From assembly GCA_951406725.2 (NCBI GenBank), contig OX597823.1:12276001-12340000 (forward strand): a DNA stretch of 64,000 bases. The letters run 5' to 3'. Position 1 is the first letter of the stretch, and every line of letters starts with the position of its first letter. The notes under the pieces were generated by a model. It did not search any database. It saw only the letters and a list, made by a program, of their open reading frames with translations, and was not told the DNA's origin. This stretch comes from Octopus vulgaris (taxonomy: Eukaryota). Shown here piece by piece: positions 1-13,200 of this stretch. Made by a program: the position numbers and the translations under genes.

Positions 1-305
1 ATGCATTAAAAATGGAAAAAAAATGATGGTAAATTTTTTTTTAAATCGTTGACTCATCGTAGACATTTTTAGAGAGTTACGTCCCTTATATAATAGCGAA
101 AAAATGCATCAAAATGGAAAAAAATGATGGTAAATTTTTTTTTTTAATCGTAGACTCATCGTAGACGCGCGCTAATACCCAGAAGGGCTTGATATGAATC
201 ACGACTATAAGATACCCACTTTTGGTTACACTGCACTGCAAAATGTGGGAGTAGTTAGGAATCTAAATCGTAGGAGACAGACACACAACTTCACTTTTAT
301 ATATT
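1..305 (-). mobile_element. Non-autonomous Helitron, 5' part (cut by window edge)
   Basis: Reverse complement aligns with the 6597-6990 element (TATATAAAAGTGA.GTTGTGTG...CTGGGTATTAGCGCGCGTCTACGATGAGTC); has an internal ~100-bp tandem duplication at 1-200. Confidence 0.75.
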
Positions 306-546
306 CAGTATATAGGCACCCGTTCAGAACGAGTAGATTCTTACTTATTTTCATCTCTGGAACTAGTTGTGTTGAATGAAACATAGAGAACGATAGGTTT
401 CACCAGGTTTAAGTTTTCCAAAACGTACCAACATATTATATTTATATGTTGTATGTCTACATGTGACTATGTGTGTATATATATATATGTTTGTGCATAC
501 ATGTATGTATGTATTTATGCGTATATGTATGTTTTTTTTTATTATT

Positions 547-703
547 AGGAGTGGCTGTGTGGTAAGTAGCTTACTTACCAGCCACATGGTTCCAGGTTCA
601 GTCCCACTGCGTGGCACTATGGGCAAGTGTCTTCTACTATAGCCTCGGGCCGACCAAATCCTTGTGAGTGGATTTGGTAGACGGAAACTGAAAGAAGCCC
701 GTC

Positions 704-741
<38 letters not shown>

Positions 742-950
742 ATGTGTTTGCGTTTTTTCTCCCAACATCGCTTGACAACCGATGCTGGTGCGTTTACGGC
801 CACGTAACTTAGCGGTTCGGCAAAAAGACCGATAGAATAGGTACTAGGCTTCCAAAGAATAAGTTCTGGGGTCGATTTGCCCGACTAAAAGGCGCTGCTC
901 CAGCATGGCCGCAGTCAAATGACTGAAACAAGTAAAAGAGTAAAAGAGTA
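547..950 (+). mobile_element. tRNA-derived SINE family A (central microsatellite, (TAAAAGAG)n tail)
   Basis: A-box-like TGGCTGTGTGG, B-box-like GGTTCAGTCCC, central (TG)n, tail GTAAAAGAGTAAAAGAG; more than 12 copies in the window. Confidence 0.9.
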
Positions 951-1039
951 AAGTATTAGTTATATAATGAGGTTACTGGTTTCTAACAAAGGAATAAAAG
1001 CTCCTTCCATGCCGTTTGGCTAATAGAGACAATGATCGT

Positions 1040-1402
1040 TACATATCGGACTTAAAGAAAACTTTGCCTGCTTATGCTGTATCACAAACAGATCGTATCT
1101 GTAAACTTCGTGGCCGCCAATCTCTTTCGTTGCTTGAAAATACTCGCTTTTGCAGATTGGAATTCGATAGAGCACTAAAGATTATTTGCATGAATGTGTA
1201 TGAATTTACAATGAGTATACAGGAGTTGTAGATTTCGAAGCAGTTGTCCATAGTTATTCTCCTTCACGCTGATTTTATGAGAAATGTTTACATTTGTAGA
1301 ACAGCCTGCTTCTATAACTGACATTTTTTTTTTGTCCCAAATATCTATGATGTATCTGTTATACTTGAACTTAGTAGAAGAGGTCTGAAACGAGAGATCC
1401 AT
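1040..1402 (-). pseudogene. Decayed RLE endonuclease C-terminus of a non-LTR retrotransposon (R4/NeSL-like)
   Basis: Translation IDIWDKKKMSVIEAGCSTNVNISHKISVKENNYGQLLRNLQLLY resembles the PD..(D/E)xK...K..Y restriction-like endonuclease region; stops follow downstream. Confidence 0.6.
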
Positions 1403-3817
1403 GACACGAGAAACAAATAAGGGTTAGCGACTGGAAGGGTATCCACCTGTAAAACAATTCTTAGGTGACATTCCTGTAACTCAGTCTGGCATGGAAACAC
1501 TGATCTAACTAGAAACAAAACAAAATATGGTTCGATGGAGCCTTGTCTTCGAAGGAAGGAAGAAGTAGAGACTAGATTACCTATGACAGTTGTTTTTCCA
1601 AAGACAATAAAAAGTAATTTCAGAGAGGGTTTCCTTATTAGCTAAGCTATACAGTGGTTTAAATATTGGCTGAAATAATAGTAAATTAATACTTGTGATC
1701 AATAAAGTGTTGAAGTTACATGACGTCACTTACGTTGTGATGAATGAAAAGATGAAGAGACTAGCTTTAAGACAAGTTACATGCCAAACTGTTTTGTTAG
1801 TGGGTCTTCCAGCGACACAATAAAATAAATATAATTAGTAACTTTGAGCAAGCAGGTGGTGCTATGAGAAGTTGACGTGTTTTATATTCATTAAAATTCT
1901 CTTATTTGATCTAAACTGACAACTTCTAGACAATAATATCGTTGGAGTAAAAGAAAATTATTTGCTTCTACTTCTCTCAAAGATGTCAAGGACTGTGTTT
2001 GTTGGATAAGTATTCATATCAAAAATGTTTGTTATCAAAAGATTGATTGTAACAAAAATCAATTATGTTGATTTTAACCAAAATAAGATTTTACAGTTGT
2101 CTCTGACAACGACTAACGAGTTTAAATATTTCAAGTAGACAGACTTTCATAATATCTACTCTATCAACAACACCGTCCACAATACACTCTAATCATCTAG
2201 TTATCATTTCAATTGGCCAGAAGTGCTGTGAAATAACAGAACAATCATACTAAAATATGAAACTAAATGTCTTACAGTATTATTTATTTTTACGTTGAGA
2301 GTTTAAATCTCGCCGGGACCAGTATTGCTTTCTCATTTACACAGGGCCGATAAAATAAATACCAGATATTGTCACGTTGTTGTCTTCCTCTGTTGGTTGT
2401 GTGACTCCATCGAACAAATTCTAGGATAAGAAGCGACCATCCTACCTTATTCCCAAACACAGTACATTTAGGATAGTTTAATCCATTGTGTTACTGTTGC
2501 TAAGTTGCTGTGTATAATAAATACGACTATCCGCCTGCTTTGAGAAGTTCAATTCGAACAACTAAATCTATTCGGCACAATAAGAAGTTACGTTTAGATT
2601 TGTAGAAATATATAACTTCAAGTGACGAAAAGAATATATTATTTATATGCATCACGTTGGGTAAAATTTGAAATTGTTACTTGGATGTTGTGAAGTGGGA
2701 CATAATGGAAGAGACAAATAAAAACCCCTTCATAACTTACAGAATCCACACTTTATTTTGCAAATATTTACTCTTTGTACAGAAGATCAATATTTTGTAT
2801 AATTGTAACTGTTAAAACCGAGGAAATTACATAGGGAGCAAAAAAAACGATTTTTGTTTTGAAAAATATTTGACAGAAATACATGGATGCGAAGCGAACA
2901 TCCAGTGTTCAAAGTTCTATTTACTGAGAATAGACGAATGAAATACTAAACATTTGTTAGCTATTTATAGTTGCTTAATAGTTATGGTAAGCTAGCAGAT
3001 TTGTTGGAGCGTTGGGTAACATGCATTACGGCAATTTTTCCTGCTCTTTACGGTCAAAGTTCAAATCCACCAGAAGTCAAATTTGCTTTTCAATTATATG
3101 GGATTAATAAACTGCCAAATATGTGCTAGATCAGGAATGAAGAAACCGGAAGGGTGTCTACGTCTTCTCACGCCTACTTATGAAGCTGTGCGCTTAAAAC
3201 AATTAGTGAAGGCAAGGTAATGCAACCAATGCATGTTCATTTATAAGTGACTGTTTGTTGTACCTTAGTGCATAGTCGTACGACCAAAGGTACTCTAGCT
3301 TTTGTTTGTGCATAGAGTACGTCAGACATTCTCCCACATGTCATTCCATTTTTTATCGTGAGTGTGATTTAAAAGGTTACCGTTAGTTACTATAAGTAAC
3401 AGGTTGAACGACCACACAGGATAAGTATCATGTCATAAGTATTAAGAAGCAATGTGAACTTATAGAAGTGTGTGCTCCTGTTGAGTTTGTAAACTACAGG
3501 AAGTTGACAGTCATATACAGTTGGAATAACAGTGGTAATTATTGGGTGCATCAGACTGTTGTTCTCGTTTAGCCACAGGCCAACCCTGATTGATGCACGT
3601 ATGATCATGTATGTTTTTTTTAAACAGTGCATACAGACGACATTATCCAGCGTGTCCTTTATGTTATAAGATATTAGGATGTATTTGAGGCAGATTTGGC
3701 TGCTGTTTCTAATATGTAGATTATTTACAAAGAGGCATCTTTGTTGTTCAATTTACGTAATCTTGACTAGTTAGCTAGCATGGTGTCAGCATGTTTCTGT
3801 TCAGTGGCAGAGTACCT

Positions 3818-4499
3818 GGATCTTTACCTTTTGGCCGACAGATTAAAAAAACAATTTTTTGTAAGTAAACACTTTCAAACTTCGGACACTGGTAGAATGT
3901 ATCACATAAAACATCTTTTACTCTTAGCATTTTTAAGAAAAGCTTATATTAAGGAAGTCATTGCGCGTTAAAGTTGTCCTATTTCGGTAATTTCAACCAA
4001 TCAATGATGTGTATTCAGCTGAATAATATTACTGCTTTTGTTTGTCAACAACAACCTCCGGCGGTGTATATTTTGTTTGTCACTGTTATTTATGACAATC
4101 GTAACCCTACAACCCTAACCCTAACCCTAAAACCTTAACCCTAATCCTTACCCTAAAACCTTAACCCTAACCCTAAAACCTTATCGCTAAAACCACTTAT
4201 CGTTAAAATGCACGAACGATGTCATAAATAACAGTGACAAACGAAAAATACACCGCTGATAGTTGTCGTTGACAAACAACGGCAGTAATTTTATTCAGCT
4301 GAATACACGTCATTGATTCGTTGAAATTACCGAAATAGGACAACTTTAACGTGAAATAACTTCCTAAATATAAGATTTTCTCAAAAACGCTAAGAGTAAA
4401 AGATGTTTTATATGACACATTCTACCAGTGTCCGAAGTTTGAAAGTGTTTAGTTACAAAAACTTATTTTTTAAATCTGTCGGTCAAAAGGTAAATATCC
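3818..4499. mobile_element. Fold-back MITE with ~285-bp inverted arms and central (CCCTAA)n; 8-bp TSD (Merlin-like)
   Basis: Termini GGATCTTTACC...GGTAAATATCC; flanks GAGTACCT (3810-3817) and GGGTACCT (4500-4507); degenerate telomere repeats at ~4102-4190. Confidence 0.85.
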
Positions 4500-5074
4500 G
4501 GGTACCTAACTGGTTACTGTGAATTCCTATCGTTAGTAGGTTACAGATAAAGTAATTGACCAACTGCTCTTAAATATGCTCAATTTTCTGAACTAACCAG
4601 TGAACATTTTTATGTATTTTCTTAAGACAGCTTCTGTTATTACGATGTGGTCTGTGCTGTACTGAAGAGGTCTAAATAAGTCTGAAACTGTTATAGAGTT
4701 GCCCTTCGTTCTTAAGAAAATAATTTAAAATATATTAGTTATTGACAAATATTGTAATACCTTCTGCGCATAATTATTTCTCATTAGTTTTTAATGTTCA
4801 CCCAATTAAATACGAGTATGTTAAGAGATACTTTACTAGCAATAATTTCCTTTTTATTCCCCTTTTTATTACCCAAGGTTTCATTAAAAGCAATGCCTAG
4901 CATGTGAAAGAATTTGGGGCTTTCTGTATATTATGAGGGGTTAGGGATTTAACTCTTGATATTTAAATTCAAAACGCTAAGAGTCTTAAACAGATAAGAG
5001 TATCAAAGCATCTAATCTAGCAAATTAAAATGCCTACCACTTAACCTACGCCACATATTCTTGAATTAAATATT

Positions 5075-5288
5075 GGTTTCAAATTTTGACACAAGGCCAG
5101 CAATTTCGGAGGAGGGGTTAAGTCGATTACATCGACCCCCGTGTTCAAATGGTACTTATTTTATCGAACCCAAAAGGCGAAAGGTAAAGTTGACCTCGGC
5201 GGAATTTGAACTTTGAACGTAAAGGCAGACAAAATGACCTTAAGAATTCCGCCCGGAGTGCTTACGATTTTGCCAGTTCGACGCCTTT
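5075..5288 (-). mobile_element. SINE family C, degenerate copy
   Basis: Matches the GCCGAGGTC(G/A)ACTTT..CTTT...GATAAAATAAGTACC central domain and the AAGGCG..GA.CTGGC head. Confidence 0.75.
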
Positions 5289-5451
5289 CTTGAATTAAAT
5301 ATTAAACTTCTGGAACCTTTCCAAATGTGTGTTAGTGTGTACACGGAAATTGCATTTGTGATTTTTGGCGTTCATACCTGTTTCTACGACAAGGAGTCAT
5401 ACTAAATGTTCTAACACATGTGCATATGTGTACATGTATGTGCCATAAGTG

Positions 5452-5705
5452 TGGAGGCACGTGGCTTAGTGGTTAGGGTGTGAGCATCATGATCGTAAGA
5501 TTGTTGTTTCGATTCCTGGACCGAGCGACGCGTTGTGTTCTTGAGCAAAACACTTCATTTCACGCTGCTCCAGTCCATTCAGCTGGCAAAAATGAGTAAC
5601 GCTTAAAAAAATTAGTAACGCTGCGATGGACTGGCGTCCCACATACGCCATTGAAACCGGGAAACCGGCCCCATGAGCCTGGCTAGGCTTTAAAAGGGCG
5701 CATTT
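5452..5705 (+). mobile_element. tRNA-derived SINE (group B variant)
   Basis: GGAGGCACGTGGCTTAGTGGTTAGGG head, GTTTCGATTCC B box; TSD ATGTGCCATAAGT on both sides. Confidence 0.85.
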
Positions 5706-6596
5706 AATTTAATATTATGTGCCATAAGTACATGTCTGCATGAGTGTGCCCTCGTCTGCTAGTGTTTGCAAATGTTATTCTTAATAATTGAGATGTGAAT
5801 AGAATCGGAACAATGGACTCTGTTTATCCTCAAGATAAATATAGTTGAAGTTAACCATGAATGAGTTATATATCTTTATAAATACAGCACGTAACCTTAG
5901 AAACACTGGTATTATTGTACTTTTGTATTGTAGTGTAACTCAAAGAATCCACAATCTAAAATGTGATTAAACGACCATCAGTTTCTCATACCCGAGACGC
6001 TATTCTTTTATTTATCAGCTCCAAGTTAACATTTCTGAGTGACGTGGAGAACAGAAACAATAATTATAATTGGATTTGTCTAGGAAGCATGAAATATGAT
6101 AGTCGTACATACAAACATACGTACGTATGTATATATGTACTTACATACCTACGTATGTACGTATGTACGTATGTATGTATGTATGTATGTATGTATGTAT
6201 GTATGTATGTATGTATGTATGTATGTATGTACATACACATACATATATGGGGAAATAGAGAAAGGGAAGGTGTTTTAATACTATGAGCAACTGAAAAAAA
6301 GCAGAAATTACGGTATTTACCGGCAAATATGACATTAGAAATTGTAAGACACTTCAAATAATTGGCGAGATATATTTTGGAACACAAAAGTTTTGACGAC
6401 TTAACAACATTGCCAATAATTTATTTTGTGAAAATATTTGATTTAACAAAGAATAGTTGGGGGTTATTTTTTAAGACACTGCAACCGGATATACTCTCTA
6501 GGAACTGACCACGGGCCTTGTTTATATCCCAGTATCCCATGCTGGTGTTTCAAAGGTGTTGTCAAGTCGACTGATTGTGGATCTCACTGACCTACA

Positions 6597-6990
6597 TCTT
6601 TATATATAAAAGTGAGGTTGTGTGCTGTCTGTCACAAGACAATTTAGATTTCTAACTACTCCCACATTTTGTGGTGCAGTTTAACCAAAACCAGGTATCT
6701 TATAGTCGTGATTCATATCGAGCCATTCTGGGTATTAGCGCGCGTCTACGATGAGTCTACGATTTAAAACAATTACCATCAATTTTTCCCATTTTTAATG
6801 CATTTCTGGCATATATAGCGGAAGTAACTCTCTAAAAATTTATTATTAAATCTCAGAACGTAAAAAGCTACAGTAACCCCCCCTCTTTGTGGTTAGCCAT
6901 ATTGAAATGGCTGTTATACTTTACATCTCTAAAAATGCTTATATAGTTATTTCCCTTACAAACCCGAGCAACGCCGGGCGATACTGCTAG
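6597..6990 (+). mobile_element. Complete non-autonomous Helitron
   Basis: 5' TC terminus (A|TCTTTATATATAAAA), subterminal hairpin CCCG-AGCAACGC-CGGG (6963-6978), 3' CTAG|T, inserted between A and T with no TSD. Confidence 0.88.
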
Positions 6991-7279
6991 TTATATATAA
7001 CAGCGATCGACGGTACACCCAGTGTTTTCTAGGCTGAATGTGTGTGTATGTATGACAGAAGCAGTCACCATTTTTTTAATACAAAGCTTTAATGAGAAAT
7101 ATATTTCTCAAGATTGTCACAAAGAAACAGAAGAATCCATGTCTATTTTATTGTCTATTGAAAATATATATTAACAACATTTATTACTGCTGTCATCAAC
7201 ACTACCATCACAGTTACTAGCTTTGTCTGGGTCATCCCTGTCAATGTAATCAAGTTCACATATGGCTACATCTATTATA

Positions 7280-7662
7280 TTCTTCTTCTTCTTCTTCTTC
7301 TTCTTCTTCTTCTTCTTTTTCTTCTTCTTCTTCTTCTTCTTCTGAAGCCCTTTTCAAGCCTAGACAGGCTCATGGGCCCGGTTTCCCGGTTTCTGTGGCG
7401 TATGTGTTCCCCCAGCTGGACGGGACGCCAGTCCATCGCAGCGTTACTCAAGAAACATGAAGAGAGAGAGTGAGAGAAAGTTGTGGCGAAAGAGTACAAA
7501 AGGTGTCGCCACCCCCCACCCCCCTGCCGGAGCCTCGTGGAGCTTTTAGGTGTTTTCGCTCAATAAACACAGACAACGCCCGGTCTGGGAATCGAAACCG
7601 CGATCCTCCGATCGCGAGTCCGCTGCCCTAACCACTGGGCCATTACGCCATTGCGCCTCCAC
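7280..7662 (-). mobile_element. tRNA-derived SINE (group B head, (GAA)n tail)
   Basis: Head GGAGGCGCAATGGC...GGTTTCGATTCCCAGACCGGGCG on minus; (GAA)n tail; TSD ACATCTATTAT. Confidence 0.85.
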
Positions 7663-9275
7663 ATCTATTATATTACTGATTCCATATTGTTTGACTTGAC
7701 AATAAGTTCTTCTCTGACAGTATCTGATCAAGACTTCACACGCTGACATATCTGTGCCACAGTAGTTGGTTCTCTTACTGCATTCTTGGTTGATATGCAA
7801 TTGGTTTCTTCTCGCATGAAACATTTGTATCACTTGTTGACAGAAACGGACAGTGATATACTAAACCCACGAGGATAGCTGTTAGTTTAGCTTTTAATTA
7901 CTTTGATATTTTCTTTGTTGCTTCTGTCATGTAGGTTTGGAATTGACGCCACTCTAGTAATGCGAGTTTCTTCAAGAGATCACATGAAAGCTGCGCCCAC
8001 AATTTCTCCAGTTGCCCTTTTGAACTGCATCGAATAAGAACATTGGTTGGGATGATTTCTTAGAGTATTGTTTTCGTTTATAGAATAGTAAAGACAGAAT
8101 GTTTATGCCGTCTGTTTAGAACATCAGTATACTATATCTTTATGACAAGTTTTTTTTTTCGTAGTCTTTTCAAGTTTTGTTAAAAATCACCGGATCAGTA
8201 TCGCTTATTTGTTCTAGACTTGGTTTTTTTAAAAAAAATATTCGTATTAATCACACATTTCTTAAATATCAAGATTTCTTACATTCTCTGTAGACAACTT
8301 CATTGCAGCCCTGGTTTATATTCTTATGCTTAAGTTGTATCTTTCCGTGAAATGATAGCAAAGATACGAAAGTTAATCAACCAACCTTCCTGGAATATTT
8401 CCCCCCTTTTTACTAACACCTTTGTATGTTATTTACTTTGTTGAGACCGTATACCCTAATTCTTCGTTGATTTTGTATCCATAATTTCATAGTATCTTCC
8501 AATTGTGAGAATTTTTGTTCTCCACCACGCTTCACGAATAAAAATTTTTCTGTTTGTGGTGAAAATAAGAAAAAAATGTTCAGGCTATATATTTGAACTA
8601 GCTGAAGAAAACATATTGCGTTGCGATATTGTTTGAAGGGGTCATATGAATCAGGGACTTAGCCTTGGAAGATATATGGACTTGGTAAAGTTATTGTTTG
8701 AACAATGTTGATGGAATATTTCTACGTTGTACAAATTTGCTGAGAAAAATTAGATAAACAAATTATTTCCTGTAATTTAAGTAAGCATATTTACTCTTGT
8801 ATGCCTCACGGCATCAACCAGATTTCAATAGACGTTCATTTCAATAGAATCGTTCAGCTTCTGTCAGCCAGTGCACAACCACCTGTCTAAAGACATCACT
8901 GTTGCTATTCTTACAGTACTTCTTCGGATCACGGAATAATGTGCTGGATCGAATAAGATATATAGCTTTTGAAACAGCACTTGGACGTTATTCGAATTGG
9001 ATAGTCAGAAAGCGGTGTAAATATCTTGAATGGGGACGAAGGAGTGTGATCAAGTGTATCTCGGAAGTTCTTGTCTTGCTGATGGCTACCAGATCTAAAT
9101 GTGGTGAGTTAGAGGCAAACAGTGGGTGTCTCTCCTTCCATGGGAACTCCAGATCACGATAATTTATACTGCAAATTCTGAAATAAGGGGAGTAAAAACC
9201 TACTAAGATAGTAAGAAAGTGTCACTTAGTAAGATATAAAAGTATTTTTTTGCACAGAAGCAAGTTATTTATCCT

Positions 9276-9825
9276 TGAGTGAGGGAGCAGCGCGTGCTAT
9301 TAAAGTGACACTGGAGTAAAATATACGAAGCCCGGTATAACCGTCATGACTACACGTTTGATAAGGGTACACTAGGCACATGCATCACTACCAAATGTGC
9401 ATGAAATGGTGACTTCATATCACGATAAACAGCGCATGGCGTTGCAGGTGAAGCCCACTTAGAATGTTCTTCAGGTCAAGTAGTCCATCCCGTTAAAATG
9501 ATCCTTGAATAAGGGTTGTTTAATGATGTTGAACGAACCAACCATGTTTCCAAAGGTGAATTATCCAAATCCCAAAGAATCCCTCTGAACACATGGCTAT
9601 AATGCTCTAACACTACTTCTGCTCGTGACCAGAGATGCACATATCACCAGCCACTAAGGGACATGCTCAACTGGTTAAGGTCAAACAACTGACAAGCAAA
9701 TCTGTTGTATGGAGCAGAATATTTGTTGAAACCCATCTTTTATACCATAACAAAAGGTGTACATTACACTTCCAATCGGTTAAGATCAGAAGCCACGAGA
9801 AGCAATGCCTAGTACTGCATCAAAG

Positions 9826-9827
<2 letters not shown>
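9276..9827 (-). mobile_element. ~550-bp non-coding (AAT)n-associated retroelement, copy 1
   Basis: Co-linear with 11703-12254 and 37971-38515 with the same ends; abuts an (AAT)n tract. Confidence 0.85.
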
Positions 9828-9891
<64 letters not shown>

Positions 9892-9910
9892 CATTATTAT
9901 TATTATTATT

Positions 9911-11597
9911 CTATGTTTGACTTTTGCTTTATATTTGTACAAGTTGGCTCAAGTCTCACCCAGAGACCTCAAGAGACAACAGGGTTGGAAGTTCATGTTG
10001 TTGTTATGCCTAGTGTGCCATATATTTGAGGGGTGGGGATGTTGTACTAATGAATGTCTAAAAAAAAAGGGTTTTTTTTTTTTTTTTTAAACCGAAAATT
10101 ATGTTTGTTTTAAACCTTGAGATTACATAGAGAGTATTTTGCGTAGGATATGAGCAGTTCCCATGAGCACTATCTTTTGAACTTCTGCCATTATTGGGTT
10201 TCCTGGTATCTGAGTTAGGTAGCTATCAGCCCCTTTTGCTATCATTCCCAGGGCACCTATGACAACAGGTATTGTTTTAGTCTTCAGCTTCCACATTTTG
10301 CTGATTTCTATTTCAAGATCTTTATATTTGCTCAGTTTTTGGTAGGTCTTGACAGATACGTTTATATCGATTGGGACAGTCATATCAATGAGGAGGCATG
10401 TTCTTTGTTTGAAGTCTTTCAATATGATGTCTGGCCTATTTGCATCTATCTTCCTGTCAGTTTGAATGGTGAAGTTCCAGAGGAGTGAGATGTAGTCATT
10501 TTCAAGCACTGGGGGTGGTTTGTGTTCCCACCAGTTTTTTTCATGGGGCAAATCCAGGTTTTTACAGATTACCCAGTGAATATATTGTGCAGCTCTATCG
10601 TGCCTGTTGAGATACTCTGTAGGCGCTAGAAGACTGCACTTGGAGACCACATGGTCAATGGTTTCATTTTGTTGCTTGCATACACGACACGTTGGACTGC
10701 TTCTGATCTTTAATATGTTGGCCTGGTAGTTTCTTGTTGGTAGGCATTGATCTTGAGCTGCTATGATAAACCCCTCTGTTTCAGATTTTAAGCCAGAGGC
10801 CATTAGCCATTGATGAGTCAGGGCTTTGTCGATATCTGCACTATTCGCTCTCTTTGGGTATTTGCCATAGAGAGGTTTTTCTTGCCATTTATTATTCAGA
10901 ATATCTAAGGCCGCAGTTTTGACACGGGTTTTCATGCGCCTAGCTTTTTCTGTGCTTGTTTCTTGTATATCTATTTCTAATTCCGAAATTGGTTGTATTC
11001 GGAATTCACTTAGATATTCCTTTGCCTGTTTTGTGACTGAGTATGACGCTTTCTTGTTTTCATGTTTTGAGACAAGTTTTAGCATCCAGTCCTCAGAGTT
11101 TTTCAGGTAGGTGTCTAGGCCAATTGTAGCAATCTTCATTGTTATTGCCAGTTGCAAAAGACCACGGCCTCCCTCTTTTCTTGGCAGATAGAGTCGTTCT
11201 GTATCTGCCTTAGGGTGGTGCATTCTATGCATTGTCAACAGTTTCCTTATTTTTCTGTCGAGCTGACATATTTCAGTAATTGACCAGTTAACAATATTGA
11301 AACTGTAAGTCACGACTGGTATAGCTAATGCATTGATTGCTTCGATCCTGTTTCTTGCATTCAGCTCTGTCTTGAGTATTGCTCTCACTCTTCGATAGCA
11401 TTCTCTCCTGATCCTTTCCTTCATCTCTGAATGCCTTATTCCGTTCCCTTCAATTACCCCTAGGTACTTGTAGCTCTCCGCTGGGTCTAGTTCTTTTATG
11501 ACATTCTGTTGGTCAAGGTTAACGTTAGATGTTTCTGTCATTTTTCCTTTGATAAAGGTAGCCTTTGCACATTTATCGAGGCCGAATTGCATTCTGA

Positions 11598-11598
<1 letters not shown>
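9911..11598 (-). mobile_element. 5'-truncated R4/Dong-clade non-LTR retrotransposon inserted in (AAT)n
   Basis: Flanked on both sides by (AAT)n; ORF remnant plus a ~210-bp 3' UTR ending ...AAACATAG(AAT)n. Dong elements are known to target (TAA)n. Confidence 0.92.
10123..11598 (-). CDS. RT C-terminus, CCHC zinc knuckle and restriction-like endonuclease (R4/Dong), partial
   Basis: MQFGLDKC, YKYLG, RLYLPRKEGGRGL, CRVC...HVVSKC, RHD, RPDII...LIDMTVP, KLSKY, PVVIGALG; ~490 codons with no stop. The ORF-track start at 11808 is read-through of the (AAT)n tract. Confidence 0.93.
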
Positions 11599-11673
<75 letters not shown>

Positions 11674-11702
11674 GTTATTATTATTATTATTGTTATTATT
11701 AT

Positions 11703-12254
11703 TGAGTGAGAGAGCAGTGCATGCCATCAAAGTAACACTGGGGTAAAATATACGATACTCCGTATACCCATCATGACTACCCGTCTGATAAGGGTACACC
11801 AGGCACATGCATTACAACCATATATGTGCGACATGGTGATATAAATATAAACAGCGCATGATCTTGTTGGTGGGGCCCGGTTAGAATTTTCTTCTGGTCG
11901 AAGAGCTCATCCCGCTCGAAAGGTCCTTAAATAAGGATTGTTTAAGGATATTGAACGAACCACCCATGTTTCTAGAGGTGAATTATCCAAACCCCAAAGA
12001 ATCCTTCTTAACACATGGCTATGATGCTCCCCTACTACATCTATTCGTGATCAGAGATACGCATATCGTCAGCCTCTAAGGGACATGCTCAACTGGTTAA
12101 GGTCAAACAACTGGCAAGCAAATCTGCGGTAGTGAGCAAAATATTTGCTGTAGCCCAACTTTTATATTAAGACAAATCAATGTACATGATAACACTTCCA
12201 ATCAGTTAAGATCAGAAGCCATGAGAGCCACTGTCTGGTACTGCATCAGGGAAT
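11703..12254 (-). mobile_element. ~550-bp non-coding (AAT)n-associated retroelement, copy 2
   Basis: Full-length copy with (AAT)n on both sides (11599-11702 and 12256-12436). Confidence 0.87.
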
Positions 12255-12289
12255 TTTATTATCATTATTATTATTATTATTATTATTAA

Positions 12290-12438
<149 letters not shown>

Positions 12439-12875
12439 GAACGTTGTAAATGCTGTCTTGTTTATGCTATGTGTTTCCTAATATGTCTATATAATATCCG
12501 GAGAAGAAAAAGACAAAAGTTGTGAAATGTTGAATATCGTTACTGTTTTGATAAAATGATTGACCTTAATACTTCCAACCTTCGGTGTTAAAGAATAATT
12601 TGTCCTCAAGAAACTCTTCTTTTGTCATTTACGTTGCAGATTTTAGTCTAAATGTATAATCTTTTAAAAGGCAACATATTTGGTGCCAAACCTATGTCAG
12701 GAAATTAAAGGTCAGATTTTGAGATCTGTATATGTTTATATGCTATGAAGAAAAAACGTAAATATAACCACCATTTTAAAGCTAAGGAAGTCATTTGATA
12801 TTTCTCAGACATAGTGGAATTATTAGTTATATATATATATATATATATATATGTACAGATTGCATACGTAATACA

Positions 12876-12919
<44 letters not shown>

Positions 12920-12944
12920 GCCGCGCACACACACATGTATATGC

Positions 12945-13104
12945 AGGCGTGACTGTGTGGTAAGAAGCTTGCTTCCCGACAATATGTATCCGGGTTCAGT
13001 TCCACTGCGTGGCACATTGGGCAAAAGTCTTCTACTATAACTTATGGCCGAACAAAAGCATCGTGAGTGGATCTGGTGGATGGATACTAAAAGAAGCCTA
13101 TCTC
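12945..13104 (+). mobile_element. SINE family A, 5' half
   Basis: GTGACTGTGTGGTAAG...GGGTTCAGTTCCACTGCGTGGC...AAAGAAGCC followed by (TA)n. Confidence 0.8.
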
Positions 13105-13131
13105 ATATATATATATATATATATATATGCA

Positions 13132-13197
<66 letters not shown>

Positions 13198-13200
<3 letters not shown>

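Noticed and set aside
4102-4190. True telomere or chromosome fusion site
   Set aside because: Short, degenerate, in one orientation only and enclosed within MITE arms.
11599-11808. N-terminal extension and poly-Asn of the 561-aa ORF
   Set aside because: Read-through of the (AAT)n target and the neighbouring 550-bp element; the LINE is 5'-truncated at ~11598.
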